Part shown: piece after piece, positions 1 through 10,398 of the stretch
Layout: each line of letters starts with the position of its first letter
How positions within the stretch are numbered: position 1 is the stretch's first letter
Source: Oligoflexia bacterium
GTDB taxonomy: Bacteria > Bdellovibrionota > UBA1018
Assembly (NCBI GenBank): GCA_031292385.1
Contig: JARLHE010000028.1
Location: forward strand, 76,693-140,692
Reading direction: 5' to 3'
Length of the DNA: 64,000 bases
Notes under the pieces: model-generated
Database searches by the model: none
Seen by the model: the letters and a program-made list of their open reading frames with translations, nothing else
Told to the model about the DNA's origin: nothing
Translations under genes and position numbers: made by a program

Positions 1-687
1 AAGCTCAAACTCCTCGCGCGAGGCCGCATCCTCCATCCCGCGCATCAGCTCGCCAATAATCCGGGATGTCTTGCCTTCGAGTACGGCGATCACTTCGTTG
101 ATATGCTCGCGATACTCATCCGGATTCACCAACCCCACGCACCCGCCCGAGCACTTGCCGATCTGATACAAAATGCAGGGTCGGCTTCGATGACGAAACG
201 TGTTATCCGAACAATCTCGAAGCTTGAATGCCTGATTCAAGAGATCCATGACTTGGCGCGCCGACCAAGCCGAAGGAAAAGGCCCAAAGTATCGAGAACC
301 ATCCTGGGGCGTCCTTCGCGTGTACTCGATGCGGGGATAAGGTTCGTTCACCCGGATTTTCAGGTAGGGATAGGTTTTATCGTCCTTGAGACGGACGTTA
401 AAGCGCGGTTTATGCTTTTTGATCAGCGTGCACTCGAGAATGAGGGCCTCGGCCTCGGTTTCGGTCAAAATGACGTCAAAGCGGGCCACCCGGGCGACCA
501 TCATCTCGGTTCGGGGGTTTTCATGGGGAGCGGCCTGGAAATACTGTGAGAGCCGGCTGCGGAGGCTTTTCGCTTTTCCGACGTAAATCGTCTCCCCGGC
601 CTCATTTTTCATCAGATAGACGCCCGGCGAGCTGGAAGCGGCATGCGCCTGATCAAGAAGAGCGGGTTTGTTTCCTTGATTTTCCAT
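1..687 (-). CDS. uvrC: Excinuclease ABC subunit C, N-terminal part (partial; gene continues beyond window start; start codon at about 687)
   Basis: The reverse-complement translation of 540-690 reads MENQGNKPALLDQAHAASSSPGVYLMKNEAGETIYVGKAKSLRSRLSQYF, a GIY-YIG nuclease motif. The first 60 nt give GELMRGMEDAASREEFEL, which is UVR-domain-like. It is absent from the ORF track because it runs off the window edge. Confidence 0.8.
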   Translation of the reverse strand, partial: MENQGNKPALLDQAHAASSSPGVYLMKNEAGETIYVGKAKSLRSRLSQYFQAAPHENPRTEMMVARVARFDVILTETEAEALILECTLIKKHKPRFNVRLKDDKTYPYLKIRVNEPYPRIEYTRRTPQDGSRYFGPFPSAWSARQVMDLLNQAFKLRDCSDNTFRHRSRPCILYQIGKCSGGCVGLVNPDEYREHINEVIAVLEGKTSRIIGELMRGMEDAASREEFEL

Positions 688-737
688 TCCAACCCACTAT
701 AACTCTGAAAGACTTCGCACTTGTACAGGAGAAAAAC

Positions 738-1178
738 ATGGCCGCCGCCGCTACCCAGACCGTTGGTTCCGAAACTATCGCCTATTGCACCAGCTGCAAA
801 ATGGACCTCAATCACGTGATCGTCGCCTTGAAAGGTGACCGAATCGCTAAGGTCCAGTGCCTGACTTGCAAAAAAGAACACGCCTTCAAGGCCGCTAAAG
901 GCCAAACCACCCCAAAAGCGAAGAAAAAGAAAAAGGCCGACGCCGAAGCCGAAGCGGAAATCCATTCCATTGAAGCGGAATGGGAAAAGCTCATGGCCGC
1001 TCACCGCGAACTGCCGATCAAGCAATACAGCATGAAAGGCCAATTCATTCTGGGCGACAAAATCAACCACCCGACCTTTGGCGAAGGCATTGTCGGAAAG
1101 CTGATTTATCCCAATAAATTGGAAGTGATCTTCCGCCATGACGTCAAGGTACTGATCCACGGCGGCGCCCAGAGCTGA
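738..1178 (+). CDS. Zinc-ribbon domain protein with Lys-rich linker (hypothetical)
   Basis: An ATG at 738 is preceded by aggag. The protein has C-x2-C-x20-C-x2-C (YCTSCK...CLTCKK), then KAKKKKKADAEAEAE, then a conserved-looking C-terminal domain. The track ORF 546..1178 is the same frame extended upstream. Confidence 0.6.
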   Translation: MAAAATQTVGSETIAYCTSCKMDLNHVIVALKGDRIAKVQCLTCKKEHAFKAAKGQTTPKAKKKKKADAEAEAEIHSIEAEWEKLMAAHRELPIKQYSMKGQFILGDKINHPTFGEGIVGKLIYPNKLEVIFRHDVKVLIHGGAQS

Positions 1179-1191
1179 GCCAGAGCTAAGA

Positions 1192-1851
1192 ATGACACTC
1201 AAGCGGCTGGCGTTTCTTGCCGCGGCAGGAGCTGTCACGTTCGGCGGGCTGGTATTTTCGGGATGCGCGGGCAAACATGCCCGCCCCGATAACGGCCCAC
1301 AGCCGGTTCACCTCTCTGAATTCGAGGGAAAGAAAGTCGCGCTCGTTGGCGTGGAGGGGCCGGACACGGCCCGCTCCGTCGTTGAAGTCGCGCTCGTCAA
1401 TCAGCTCACTCAGCACGGCAGCTTTATTTTGATCTCGAAACCCGAGGTCGAAGCGGCTCGCCGCTCCCCCGATCAAGACCCGACCGATACCACCGGGTTG
1501 GCGGCGAGAGCCGGCGCCGATTTCGCCCTTCAAGCGCGAGTCCTCCGCTTCGATGCGGACGAAAAAAGCGGCTACTCGGAACAGACCGTCGAAGACAGCC
1601 AACTTGAAGCGGAAACCGGCAACGGCAAAACCGAGCAAGTCTACAAAGTGAAGCGCCTGGACGGGGCAGTCGCCGTCGAGCTCATCTTCACGGATACTCA
1701 TACGAAGAAAGTCTTCTCCGACATCGCCCGCGCGACGGAATCTACCCAGGAAGACTCGCGCCACGGAGCCATTCATCTACCGCCACGGCTCCGCTTCTTG
1801 GAGAAAATCGCGAACGCCGCTTTCGCTAAATTCTTCGAAGATCATCGATAA
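1192..1851 (+). CDS. Lipoprotein (signal peptide plus lipobox FSGC); weak LpoB-like pattern
   Basis: Track ORF. The N-terminus MTLKRLAFLAAAGAVTFGGLVFSGCAG is a lipoprotein signal. The central globular region loosely resembles the PBP-activator LpoB fold (tentative). Confidence 0.6.
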   Translation: MTLKRLAFLAAAGAVTFGGLVFSGCAGKHARPDNGPQPVHLSEFEGKKVALVGVEGPDTARSVVEVALVNQLTQHGSFILISKPEVEAARRSPDQDPTDTTGLAARAGADFALQARVLRFDADEKSGYSEQTVEDSQLEAETGNGKTEQVYKVKRLDGAVAVELIFTDTHTKKVFSDIARATESTQEDSRHGAIHLPPRLRFLEKIANAAFAKFFEDHR

Positions 1852-1865
1852 CGTGCGCTTGAAAG

Positions 1866-1946
1866 GTCTGGGCTGATACAACTTCCTGTTTAGGGACCCT
1901 AAAATCGCGCCATCCTGGCGCTTCCCTAATCAGCCAGACTTTTAAA
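1866..1946 (+). terminator. Structured element / complex intrinsic terminator candidate downstream of the lipoprotein gene
   Basis: The outer stem is gtctgg(g)ctgat (about 1866-1877) paired with atcagccagac (about 1929-1939), followed by tttt. It encloses a perfect 15-bp palindrome TTTAGGGACCCTAAA (about 1889-1903) and the hairpin gcgcc-atcct-ggcgc (about 1907-1921). Confidence 0.3.
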
Positions 1947-2014
1947 CGCCCTCCTCAAAGCAACCGAATCGATGCCGGAACCATACGCGAAATGGACAGA
2001 CCCCCTAGTCAGGA

Positions 2015-2041
2015 AGACATGCATATGCGTCTTTTTTTAGG
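2015..2041 (+). terminator. Short hairpin plus T-run (weak terminator candidate)
   Basis: A 5-bp stem aagac/gtctt is followed by ttttttta immediately before the convergent gene's stop. Confidence 0.2.
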
Positions 2042-2042
2042 A

Positions 2043-2432
2043 TCAGCCCGCGCGCTTCTGCCCACGAAGCCGGACGCGCTCATACGCGTGGAGCCCGGCC
2101 CGCAAAGCTCGCATCACTTCCTCGATCGAATGGTACTGCCGCGAGGGGATGTAATCGGTCACGATATTCACGGCGACTTTACCCCCGGATAGATCATCAA
2201 CTTCGATATCGCCGACGCTGTAATCAATATCGCTCTTGGCCATCGGAAAGTCCTCGAGCTCGAGCGCCGCCTGAACCGCGCCGAATCCCTGCATCGCTTC
2301 AGAGTCGGGGGCGTCGGGTCGAAGCGGGACGGTATCGATGCGATCCACGTCTTCCGCGGTCAAATGACCGATGTCCCGAGCGGGCGGCAAATCTGAATTC
2401 GGGTGATCGGACGCATGCTTCTTGCGCGGCAT
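2043..2432 (-). CDS. Hypothetical acidic protein (129 aa)
   Basis: Track ORF; I verified the stop (TGA) at 2043-2045. I recognise no family. Confidence 0.5.
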   Translation of the reverse strand: MPRKKHASDHPNSDLPPARDIGHLTAEDVDRIDTVPLRPDAPDSEAMQGFGAVQAALELEDFPMAKSDIDYSVGDIEVDDLSGGKVAVNIVTDYIPSRQYHSIEEVMRALRAGLHAYERVRLRGQKRAG

Positions 2433-2476
2433 AGAGGGGGCTCCTCTTTCGAGAAGCCTGCAAAAAACCCTCCAGA

Positions 2477-3028
2477 TTATCGCCTCATCCGGAACCGAAA
2501 GCAGCCCGGGCTATGATCGTTGACCATACCAACCGCTTGCATGAAGGCGTAACAAATGGTGGCGCCCACGAACTTAAAGCCGCGCTTTTTTAACGCCTTG
2601 CTCATTGTCTTGCTTGCCAGAACGGCATCCTGCCCTTTGGCGCGGCCCAACGGCTTGCCTCCGACAAACTGCCAAATATAGCGATCGAAGCTTCCGAACT
2701 CGCGCTGCACTTCGAGAAACGCCTTGGCATTTTCGATCACCGCGTCCACCTTCAGGCGGTTACGCACGATCCCTTCGTTTTTCAATAAAGACGCCTTCTT
2801 CGCGGCATCGTATTTCGCGATTTTCTTCGCATTGAATCGGTCGAAGGCCTTGCGATAACTTTCGCGCTTCCTCAAAACGATGAGCCAGCTCAAACCCGCC
2901 TGCGCGCCCTCGAGATTCATCATCTCAAAAAGCAGACGATCGTCGTGAACCGGTACGCCCCACTCCTCGTCATGGTAAACCGTCAGCAGCTCGTCTGACT
3001 CGGACCAAGAACATCGCTTCTTTTTCAT
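2477..3028 (-). CDS. tag: DNA-3-methyladenine glycosylase I
   Basis: YHDEEWGVPVHDDRLLFE...LSW is the typical Tag N-terminus; 183 aa; ATG at 3026-3028. Confidence 0.85.
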   Translation of the reverse strand: MKKKRCSWSESDELLTVYHDEEWGVPVHDDRLLFEMMNLEGAQAGLSWLIVLRKRESYRKAFDRFNAKKIAKYDAAKKASLLKNEGIVRNRLKVDAVIENAKAFLEVQREFGSFDRYIWQFVGGKPLGRAKGQDAVLASKTMSKALKKRGFKFVGATICYAFMQAVGMVNDHSPGCFRFRMRR

Positions 3029-3087
3029 ACGACCAGCAAATCAGATCAACCGGTGACAAGTCATGGAATTTCATTAAAATTGGTGAA

Positions 3088-3756
3088 ATGAGCCAAGAAT
3101 TTTGGGAGCAAAACGCCGAGACCTGGACGGAGCTGATCCGCGCCCAGGCGATCTCCAGCCGGGCGATTACCGGTCCGGCGATCGTCGAACAAATCCTCCG
3201 TCGGAATCTCCGCTCGGTTTTGGATATCGGATGCGGAGAAGGATGGCTCGCCTCGCAGCTTCTTCCGCGGCAAATCGATTATCTCGGAGTCGATGGATCG
3301 GTAGGCCTGATCGAAAACGCGGAACGCGAGCACCCCGGCTACTTCCAGCCCGCGAGCTACGAGCAGATCACCCGAGGCGAATGGAAATCCGAGAAATCCT
3401 TTGACGGCATCGTGTTCAATTTCTCGCTTTTGGACGAAAAAATAGAGGACCTTCTCAAAGCCGCCGCCGGATTCCTGAACCCCGCCAGATTCCTGAACCC
3501 CGAAAGAGTGCTGCTCATTCAAACGCTGCATCCGTTCTTCGCGCTTCCTCACTATCAAGACGGCGAGCAGATCGAGGATTTCAAATCGATGCCCCTTCCG
3601 TTTGCCGGCACGATGCCTTGGTACGGAAGAACAATGGGTTCGTGGAGCAAGGTTTTCAAAAATTCCGGACTCCTGATCGAAGAAATCATCGAGCCGAGGG
3701 ACCCTAAAAAGCCGGAGAAACCGCTCTCGATGATTTTCGCGCTCAAGAAGAGATAG
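3088..3756 (+). CDS. Class I SAM-dependent methyltransferase
   Basis: [10 protein letters not shown] is motif I; 222 aa. It overlaps the 3' end of the convergent DUF255 gene by 14 nt. Confidence 0.75.
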   Translation: MSQEFWEQNAETWTELIRAQAISSRAITGPAIVEQILRRNLRSVLDIGCGEGWLASQLLPRQIDYLGVDGSVGLIENAEREHPGYFQPASYEQITRGEWKSEKSFDGIVFNFSLLDEKIEDLLKAAAGFLNPARFLNPERVLLIQTLHPFFALPHYQDGEQIEDFKSMPLPFAGTMPWYGRTMGSWSKVFKNSGLLIEEIIEPRDPKKPEKPLSMIFALKKR

Positions 3757-5773
3757 CGAGCAGCCCGGCGATCGCCGCGCTCACATCCTGCTCCGAGCGC
3801 AGCGGCAAACTGCAAGTGCCGCGACAGCAGACTAGGGTCTCTCCCGGCTTTGCGGGAGCACCGCTCTTAAAGACACGCGAATCGCCCACGGCTGCCTCGC
3901 CGGTCACCACGATCGGCCCCCGCTCATAAAGCAAAGCGGCATTCAAAAGCTCGCCCTGACCATAGGCGCGCCTTGCCGCCGCGGGAAACAGACCTTGCAG
4001 CTGCCGGATGGCTTCGTTTACGAACTCCCGGCCCTTCTCGGAATCAATTTCACTCAAGGCGATCAAGACGCCGATCATCACCGCGGTGCCCGACGGGATG
4101 GCTTGATCGTGAGTCGATTTGGGGCGGTGAATGAGCTGCTCGTGATCGTCGCTGGTGAAGAAGTAGCCGGGGGACGCGGAGTCCGAGAAATTTTTCAGAA
4201 CAGTCCGTGCCCAGCTTTCCGCGTTGGCTAAATACTCCGCGCTTTTTTCCGACCGGGACTCGAAACGTGCCAGATCGATCGCGGCTTGCGCCATAAATGC
4301 GTAATCGTCGAGATATGCGTTCAGTTTCGCGGCTCCTCCGGAATACACGCTGAAAAGCCTCCCCTCCTCGCCCCCGAGCGCCGTGCGAATGAACTCAAAT
4401 GCACGAGCGGCGGCTTGAAAAGCGCGCATCGAGGCCTCGTTTTCGCCGGCCGCATCGAACGCGCGCGACGCCCAGGCCAAACCGCTGATCGCAAGTCCGT
4501 TCCAGCTTGCGAGAATTTTCGTATCCGTCCCCGGCGCCAGACGACGCGAGCGGGCATCGATCATTTTTTTCCGTGCAGAGGCAAGAGCCCCTAAGGCTTC
4601 GGATGAGGAAATTCCCGCAAGCGCCGCCGCCTCATCGAGCGAACGTGCCCGATAAAGCACCGTTTTGCCGTGCTCGAAATTTCCCTCAAGGGTGACGCCG
4701 TAAAACGCGGCGGCGAGCATTGCCTCCGGCTCGGTCAGCGCGAGCTTCAAGGACGCGGGATCCCAAACGAAATACTCGCCCTCGCCTTCCTCGGTATCCG
4801 CGTCCTGCGCGGCGTAAAAAGCGCCTTCGGGCGCGCGCATTTCACGAAGCAGATATTCCACCGTTTCGCGCACGACGTCGGTGAAAAGCGCGCGTGTCGG
4901 CGGATCCAACTCTCCTCTCAGCAAAACCTGCGAGTACGATCGCAAAAGAAGGGCATTGTCATAAAGCATCTTTTCGAAATGCGGAACGCTCCACTTCTCG
5001 TCCACGGAATAGCGATGAAAACCGCCGCCGAGCTGATCGTAGATCCCGCCGCGGGCCATCTTGCGAAGCGTGAGCAATGCGCCTTCCCGCGCGTTCTCCA
5101 AACCCGCGACCAAGCCCTCGCGCCAAAGAAAATCGAGGGACATCGAGTTGGGAAACTTCGGAGCGCCCCCGAAGCCGCCATCCGCCCAATCCACCGTGCT
5201 CGCCAAGTCCTCCGCGACGGCAACCAGAGCCTTTTGAGTCGGGAGCTCGGCGGAAGCGTTCTCGGAAGCATCCATCCCGCGAATGAACTCGGTCAGCTTG
5301 CCCGCGTTTTCCGAAATGCCGGCATAATCATTGTGAAACGCGTCCGAGAGCGCCTGAAGCACTCGGGGGAACCCCGGCCTTCCCCACCGATCTTCCGGCG
5401 GATAATAGGTCCCGCCGAAAAACGGCCGAAGATCCGGAGTCAGAAAAACCGTCAGTGGCCAGCCGCCGCCGCGCGTGATGGCCTGCGCGACGTTCTGATA
5501 GATCTGATCGAGATCGGGCCGCTCCTCGCGATCCACTTTGATGTTGATGAACCGCTCGTTCATGAGGCGCGCGATCTCTTCGTTTTCAAAGCTCTCATGC
5601 GCCATGACATGGCACCAATGGCAGGAAGAGTATCCCACGCTCAGCAAAATGGGCTTGTTCTCGCGGCGGGCGCGCGAAAGCGCCTCCTCCCCCCACGGAT
5701 ACCAATCCACCGGATTATTCTGATGCTGAAGCAGATAGGGACTGCTTTCGCGCGACAGGCGGTTCAAGCTCAT
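3743..5773 (-). CDS. Thioredoxin-domain protein, DUF255/YyaL family (N-acylglucosamine-2-epimerase-like C-terminal region)
   Basis: The N-terminus [22 protein letters not shown]...[22 protein letters not shown] carries a thioredoxin-like CxxC in the DUF255 context; 676 aa. Its ATG overlaps the uvrB stop (ATGA). Confidence 0.8.
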   Translation of the reverse strand: MSLNRLSRESSPYLLQHQNNPVDWYPWGEEALSRARRENKPILLSVGYSSCHWCHVMAHESFENEEIARLMNERFINIKVDREERPDLDQIYQNVAQAITRGGGWPLTVFLTPDLRPFFGGTYYPPEDRWGRPGFPRVLQALSDAFHNDYAGISENAGKLTEFIRGMDASENASAELPTQKALVAVAEDLASTVDWADGGFGGAPKFPNSMSLDFLWREGLVAGLENAREGALLTLRKMARGGIYDQLGGGFHRYSVDEKWSVPHFEKMLYDNALLLRSYSQVLLRGELDPPTRALFTDVVRETVEYLLREMRAPEGAFYAAQDADTEEGEGEYFVWDPASLKLALTEPEAMLAAAFYGVTLEGNFEHGKTVLYRARSLDEAAALAGISSSEALGALASARKKMIDARSRRLAPGTDTKILASWNGLAISGLAWASRAFDAAGENEASMRAFQAAARAFEFIRTALGGEEGRLFSVYSGGAAKLNAYLDDYAFMAQAAIDLARFESRSEKSAEYLANAESWARTVLKNFSDSASPGYFFTSDDHEQLIHRPKSTHDQAIPSGTAVMIGVLIALSEIDSEKGREFVNEAIRQLQGLFPAAARRAYGQGELLNAALLYERGPIVVTGEAAVGDSRVFKSGAPAKPGETLVCCRGTCSLPLRSEQDVSAAIAGLLAISS

Positions 5774-7938
5774 ATACCCAGATTCAGGATTTTTAGCCGC
5801 TTGATGCGATCCCGAAGCTCGGCGGCGCGCTCGAACTGCATGGCTTTGGCGGCAAGCTTCATCTCGTCTTCCATCTTCGCGATCGTCGCGGCAAGTTTCT
5901 CGAGCGACGTGAAATACTCACCCGCCGTCTGGCGGATCTGCTCGACCCTTTCGCTCTCATCCAATAAATCGAGATTAGCTACTGCAAGGGCGTTGCCGCG
6001 TCCGCCGGCCGAGTCCGCCGCGCTCCAAACGCTTCGGCCATGGCCCGAGCCCGCGCCCGTGCGCAACGCGCGTTTGGCGAGCGCCGCCTTGTCGTTGATG
6101 CGAACGACCTTTCCATCCGCCGTCTCCTGCTCCCCCGTGATGCGGTCCGGAATCGCCTTCACGATCGTCTGCGGGGTGATGCCGTTCGCCAGGTTGTACT
6201 CGTGCTGAATCGCGCGACGCCGGGCGGTTTCCTCGAGCGCGCGCTTCATGCTGTCGGTCATCCGGTCGGCGTAAAGAATGACATGCCCCTCGACGTTTCG
6301 GGCGGCGCGGCCGATCGTCTGAATGAGCGCGCGATACCCGCGCAAGAAGCCTTCTTTATCGGCATCCAAAATACCCACGAGCGAGACTTCGGGCAAATCC
6401 AGCCCTTCGCGCAAAAGATTGATGCCGATCAAGACGTCAAATACCCCTAGACGCAAGTCACGCAGGATCTCAATCCGCTCCAGGGTATCGATGTCCGAAT
6501 GAAGGTATTTCACCCGTACGCCCTGCTCGAGATAGAATTTGGTCAGATCCTCGGCGAGCTTTTTCGTGAGCGTGGTCACCAGAACGCGCTCGCCTTTTTG
6601 CGCGCGGATCCGGATCTCATCGAGCAGATCGTCCACCTGCTTGGCGGCCGGGCGGACCTCCACGACCGGATCCAGCAACCCGGTCGGACGGATCACCTGC
6701 TCGACGACCTCCCCGCCGCTCGCCTTCAGCTCGTAATCGCCGGGCGTGGCCGAAACATAAAGCGACGTATTGAGGCTTTTTTCCCACTCCTCAAAGCTCA
6801 TGGGGCGGTTATCCAGCGCGGACGGCAGGCGAAAGCCGTGCTCCACCAGCGTGCTTTTGCGGGCGCGGTCGCCGCGGTACATGCCGCCGATCTGCGGGAT
6901 CGTGACATGGCTTTCATCGACGATGAGCAGAAAATCCTTCGGAAAATATTCGAGCAAAGTGGGCGGCGGCGCGCCCGGAGGACGTCCCGTCAGATGGCGG
7001 GAATAATTTTCGATGCCTTGGCAGAACCCGAGCTCTTCCATCATCTCGAGATCGAACATCGTGCGCTGCTCGAGGCGCTGGGCTTCGACGAGCTTCCCGA
7101 GGGAATTGAGCTCGGTGAGCCGTTCGCGCAGCTCTTCGCGAATGGTATGGATCGCGCGCTTGCGGTTTTCGGCCGTCGTCACGTAATGGGAGCCGGGATA
7201 AATCGTCACGCGCGAGAGCTTTTGGATACGTATGCCCCGGAGCGGATCGATTTCGGAGATCGACTCGATTTCGTCGCCGAAAAACTCGACCCGAATCGCG
7301 CGCTCCTCCTCGTAGGCGGGAAAAATCTCGACGACGTCGCCGCGGACCCGAAAAGTGCCGCGATGGAAATCGACGTCATTCCGCTTGTATTGGATTTCAA
7401 CGAGCTTTTTCAGCACGTCTTGGCGCTTCGCCTCGCGCCCCGTTTCGAGATAAAGCAGAAGCCCTTCATACGCTTCGGGGGAACCCAAGCCGTAGATGCA
7501 CGACACGGAGGAAACGATGATCACGTCATTACGCTCAAGAAGGGAGCGTGTCGCCGAATGGCGAAGCTTGTCGATCTCGTCGTTGATCTGCGAATCTTTT
7601 TCGATATAGGTGTCGGTCGACGGAACGTAGGCTTCGGGCTGGTAATAATCGTAATAGCTGACGAAGTATTCGACCGCGTTATTGGGAAAGAATTCCCGGA
7701 ACTCGCTGAACAGTTGCGCGGCCAGCGTCTTATTGTGGCTCAGGATCAGGGTCGGCTTATTCGTCCGGGCGATCAGATTCGCCATCGTGAAGGTTTTTCC
7801 GGAGCCGGTCACGCCGAGCAGGGTTTGGGATTTTTTTCCGTCTCCAATTCCGCGCACAAGCGCTTCGATGGCTTGCGGCTGATCGCCCGTCGGTTGAAAC
7901 TTGGTGACGAGCTCGAATTTCCGATCCTTGTACTTCAT
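5770..7938 (-). CDS. uvrB: Excinuclease ABC subunit B
   Basis: The 722-aa product has [11 protein letters not shown]...GVTGSGKTF helicase motifs and a C-terminal UVR domain. Confidence 0.95.
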   Translation of the reverse strand: MKYKDRKFELVTKFQPTGDQPQAIEALVRGIGDGKKSQTLLGVTGSGKTFTMANLIARTNKPTLILSHNKTLAAQLFSEFREFFPNNAVEYFVSYYDYYQPEAYVPSTDTYIEKDSQINDEIDKLRHSATRSLLERNDVIIVSSVSCIYGLGSPEAYEGLLLYLETGREAKRQDVLKKLVEIQYKRNDVDFHRGTFRVRGDVVEIFPAYEEERAIRVEFFGDEIESISEIDPLRGIRIQKLSRVTIYPGSHYVTTAENRKRAIHTIREELRERLTELNSLGKLVEAQRLEQRTMFDLEMMEELGFCQGIENYSRHLTGRPPGAPPPTLLEYFPKDFLLIVDESHVTIPQIGGMYRGDRARKSTLVEHGFRLPSALDNRPMSFEEWEKSLNTSLYVSATPGDYELKASGGEVVEQVIRPTGLLDPVVEVRPAAKQVDDLLDEIRIRAQKGERVLVTTLTKKLAEDLTKFYLEQGVRVKYLHSDIDTLERIEILRDLRLGVFDVLIGINLLREGLDLPEVSLVGILDADKEGFLRGYRALIQTIGRAARNVEGHVILYADRMTDSMKRALEETARRRAIQHEYNLANGITPQTIVKAIPDRITGEQETADGKVVRINDKAALAKRALRTGAGSGHGRSVWSAADSAGGRGNALAVANLDLLDESERVEQIRQTAGEYFTSLEKLAATIAKMEDEMKLAAKAMQFERAAELRDRIKRLKILNLGI

Positions 7939-9446
7939 TTGTAATCCCAGGTCGTGCCCGCCGCTCCATCCTTGATCGTCACGCCGCGAGCGTCGAGCTC
8001 TTTCCGGATCTCGTCGCTTCGCGCGAAATTTTTAGCCTTGCGTGCTTCCGCTCTTTCGGCGATCAGCGCCAGGATCTCGGTTTCCGTCGGCCGCGCGGTG
8101 CCGGTCGCCGAAGAACGCTCGGCGCGGATGCGCGAAATATCTTCCAAAGCTTTGCGAGGGTCAAGCCGCCCCACCCCGATCACTCCACCGATGTCGTCAT
8201 CGATGATTTTCAGCAGCTCCGTCGCGCCAAGCACGGCCGACGGGGTCGCGCGAGCCAGCGGCTCCGCCGCCGCCCGATTGAAAGCGCGGATCAACGTGAA
8301 AAGGGAGCCCAAGGCACCGGCCGTATTGAAATCGTTCGCGTAAGCGTCGTCGATTTCCTTGCGCGCGGCCTCGCTGCTCGCGGCGAACTCGCCCCAAACG
8401 CTTTCCGCCCGGAGATCCGCGCGCGCGCGCGCCTGCTTGCTGATCTCGAGCGCCAAGGCCTTCGCTTCGTAGATGCGATGCAGGCCCTGCAGCGTATGTT
8501 CGATCGTTTCGTTCCCGAAATCGATGAGCGAGCGATAATGCACCGAAAGCAGCATGTAGCGCGCGACTTCCCCGCCGTAGCGCTTCAAGAACTCCTGGGC
8601 GGTGAAGATATTACCGAGGCTTTTCGACATTTTCTCTTTTGAAAGAGTCAAAAACGCATGATGCAGCCAGTAGCGCGAAAAAGGCGTCTTGTGGCTTGCC
8701 GCCTCGCTCTGGGCGATCTCGTTTTCGTGATGGGGAAAAATCAGATCCTCGCCGCCGTGATGAACATCGATCGTATCGCCCAGCCATTTGGAAGCCATCG
8801 CCGAGCATTCGATATGCCAACCCGGACGCCCTTTTCCCCAGGGACTGTCCCAGGCGGGCTCTCCCGGCTTCGCCGGCTTCCAAAGCGTGAAATCCATCGG
8901 ATTACGTTTTTTGGCGTTCACTTCCACGCGGATGCCGGCCTGGAGCTCCTCGATATTTTTATGCGAGAGCTTGCCGTAGTGATCCGCTTTTTCGATCGAG
9001 AAAAGCACTTCGCCCGTATCGATCACATAGGCCCTGCCCGATTCGATGATCTTCTCGATCATCTCGATGATCTCGGCGATATGATCCCGTACCGTGGTCT
9101 TGTGCGTGGGTTCGAGCATTCCCGAAACCGCGTAATCGCGCTCGACCTCGACGATGTACTTGCGGGCGATCTCATCCGCGGTGGTCTTTTCCTCCGCTGC
9201 GCGCTTGATGATCTTGTCGTCGACGTCGGTGTAATTGCGCACATAAGTCACGTCGTAACCGACGCGCTTGAAGTAGCGGAAAAACAGATCCGCGACGAGC
9301 CCGCCGCGAAGATTGCCGATGTGAATCAGCCCGTAAACCGTGGGGCCGCACGAATACATCTTCAGTTTGCCCGGCTCGAGGGTCTCAAGGACCTCCTTCT
9401 TGCCGGAGAGAGTATTCGTGAGCTTGATTTCACGGATCGCGCGCAT
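7935..9446 (-). CDS. cysS: Cysteine--tRNA ligase
   Basis: [16 protein letters not shown] is the class I HIGH region; KMSKS is present; 503 aa. Its stop overlaps the uvrB start. Confidence 0.95.
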   Translation of the reverse strand: MRAIREIKLTNTLSGKKEVLETLEPGKLKMYSCGPTVYGLIHIGNLRGGLVADLFFRYFKRVGYDVTYVRNYTDVDDKIIKRAAEEKTTADEIARKYIVEVERDYAVSGMLEPTHKTTVRDHIAEIIEMIEKIIESGRAYVIDTGEVLFSIEKADHYGKLSHKNIEELQAGIRVEVNAKKRNPMDFTLWKPAKPGEPAWDSPWGKGRPGWHIECSAMASKWLGDTIDVHHGGEDLIFPHHENEIAQSEAASHKTPFSRYWLHHAFLTLSKEKMSKSLGNIFTAQEFLKRYGGEVARYMLLSVHYRSLIDFGNETIEHTLQGLHRIYEAKALALEISKQARARADLRAESVWGEFAASSEAARKEIDDAYANDFNTAGALGSLFTLIRAFNRAAAEPLARATPSAVLGATELLKIIDDDIGGVIGVGRLDPRKALEDISRIRAERSSATGTARPTETEILALIAERAEARKAKNFARSDEIRKELDARGVTIKDGAAGTTWDYK

Positions 9447-9487
9447 AGACGCCAGTCTAGCGCACTTTTCACCAGATTATGAAGAGA

Positions 9488-9970
9488 TTATGAGGCGAAA
9501 ATCGCTTGGATTTCCTGCTCAATGATTTCCTCTTTGGCCTGCTTGGCGAGAGAGATCTCCTTGACCAGCAAGTGCTTGGCCTGATCGAGCATCTTGCGCT
9601 CGCCGAAAGAGAGATCCTTGCTGTGGCGCAAAAGAATCAAATTGCGAAGAACTTCCGCGATTTCGAAAATGGAGCCGGTTTTGATCTTCTCCATGTACTC
9701 GCGATAACGGCGATTCCAGGTCGTTTGATCAATCTTGACGTTGCGCTCACGCAGAATGTCATAAACCGCTTTGACGTCCTTGGTCGAAATGATCTCACGG
9801 AGACCCACCGAGTCAACATTGTCCGTCGGCACCATGATCGTCATCTGGTTATCGACCACTTGAAGCACATAGAAGCACTTCTTCTTGCCACCAACGTCCT
9901 TTTCTTCGATTCTTTTGATGACAGCGACACCATGAGCCGGATAAACGGCGTTGTCTCCCACTTTAAACAT
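9488..9970 (-). CDS. CarD/CdnL family transcriptional regulator
   Basis: MFKVGDNAVYPAHGVAVIKRIEEK is the RNAP-interacting (TRCF-like) domain. The ATG at 9968-9970 has ggagg 10 nt upstream. The track ORF extends to 10006. Confidence 0.85.
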   Translation of the reverse strand: MFKVGDNAVYPAHGVAVIKRIEEKDVGGKKKCFYVLQVVDNQMTIMVPTDNVDSVGLREIISTKDVKAVYDILRERNVKIDQTTWNRRYREYMEKIKTGSIFEIAEVLRNLILLRHSKDLSFGERKMLDQAKHLLVKEISLAKQAKEEIIEQEIQAIFAS

Positions 9971-10398
9971 GCCGGAAACCTCCAAACGACAACCTAAAAA
10001 GGCCAAACGGTACGAACATCTTCCCCCGTGAAGCTGGGGGACCTTACCACACCCGCTGTCTAAAAGTCAAACACTAAGTCGACTCAGACGGGCTGCAACC
10101 TATTGAAATAATTAACTAATAATATAATTCCAATAATCCCGGATTGTTGTCTGAATACTTTGCATAAAGATGTCCATAGTTTTACGTCCTACCTTTGCTG
10201 CACTGCGTTCGCAGGCAGACCGCACATGAGCAAGCGCAATGCCGAAGTGCATCAACACAGACATCAAGGTTAAGGTATGGATGTTCCTGGGGCCAAAAAG
10301 CCCGGGATCGCGTTTAAATCAGATCCGCATATTCATGACTGTCATTTTTTTAGACAGTCGACCAAAAGCTGGCGAACCGCAAATCGCGTTTATTCAGC

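Noticed and set aside
103-549. 148-aa plus-strand ORF, together with the overlapping ORFs 386..586 and 612..1274.
   Set aside because: They overlap the well-supported uvrC N-terminus on the minus strand (GIY-YIG motif) and the Zn-ribbon gene, so they are frame artefacts.
2015-2041. Possible bidirectional terminator between the convergent genes 1192..1851 and 2043..2432.
   Set aside because: The stem is only 5 bp. I kept it as a low-confidence feature and not as a finding.
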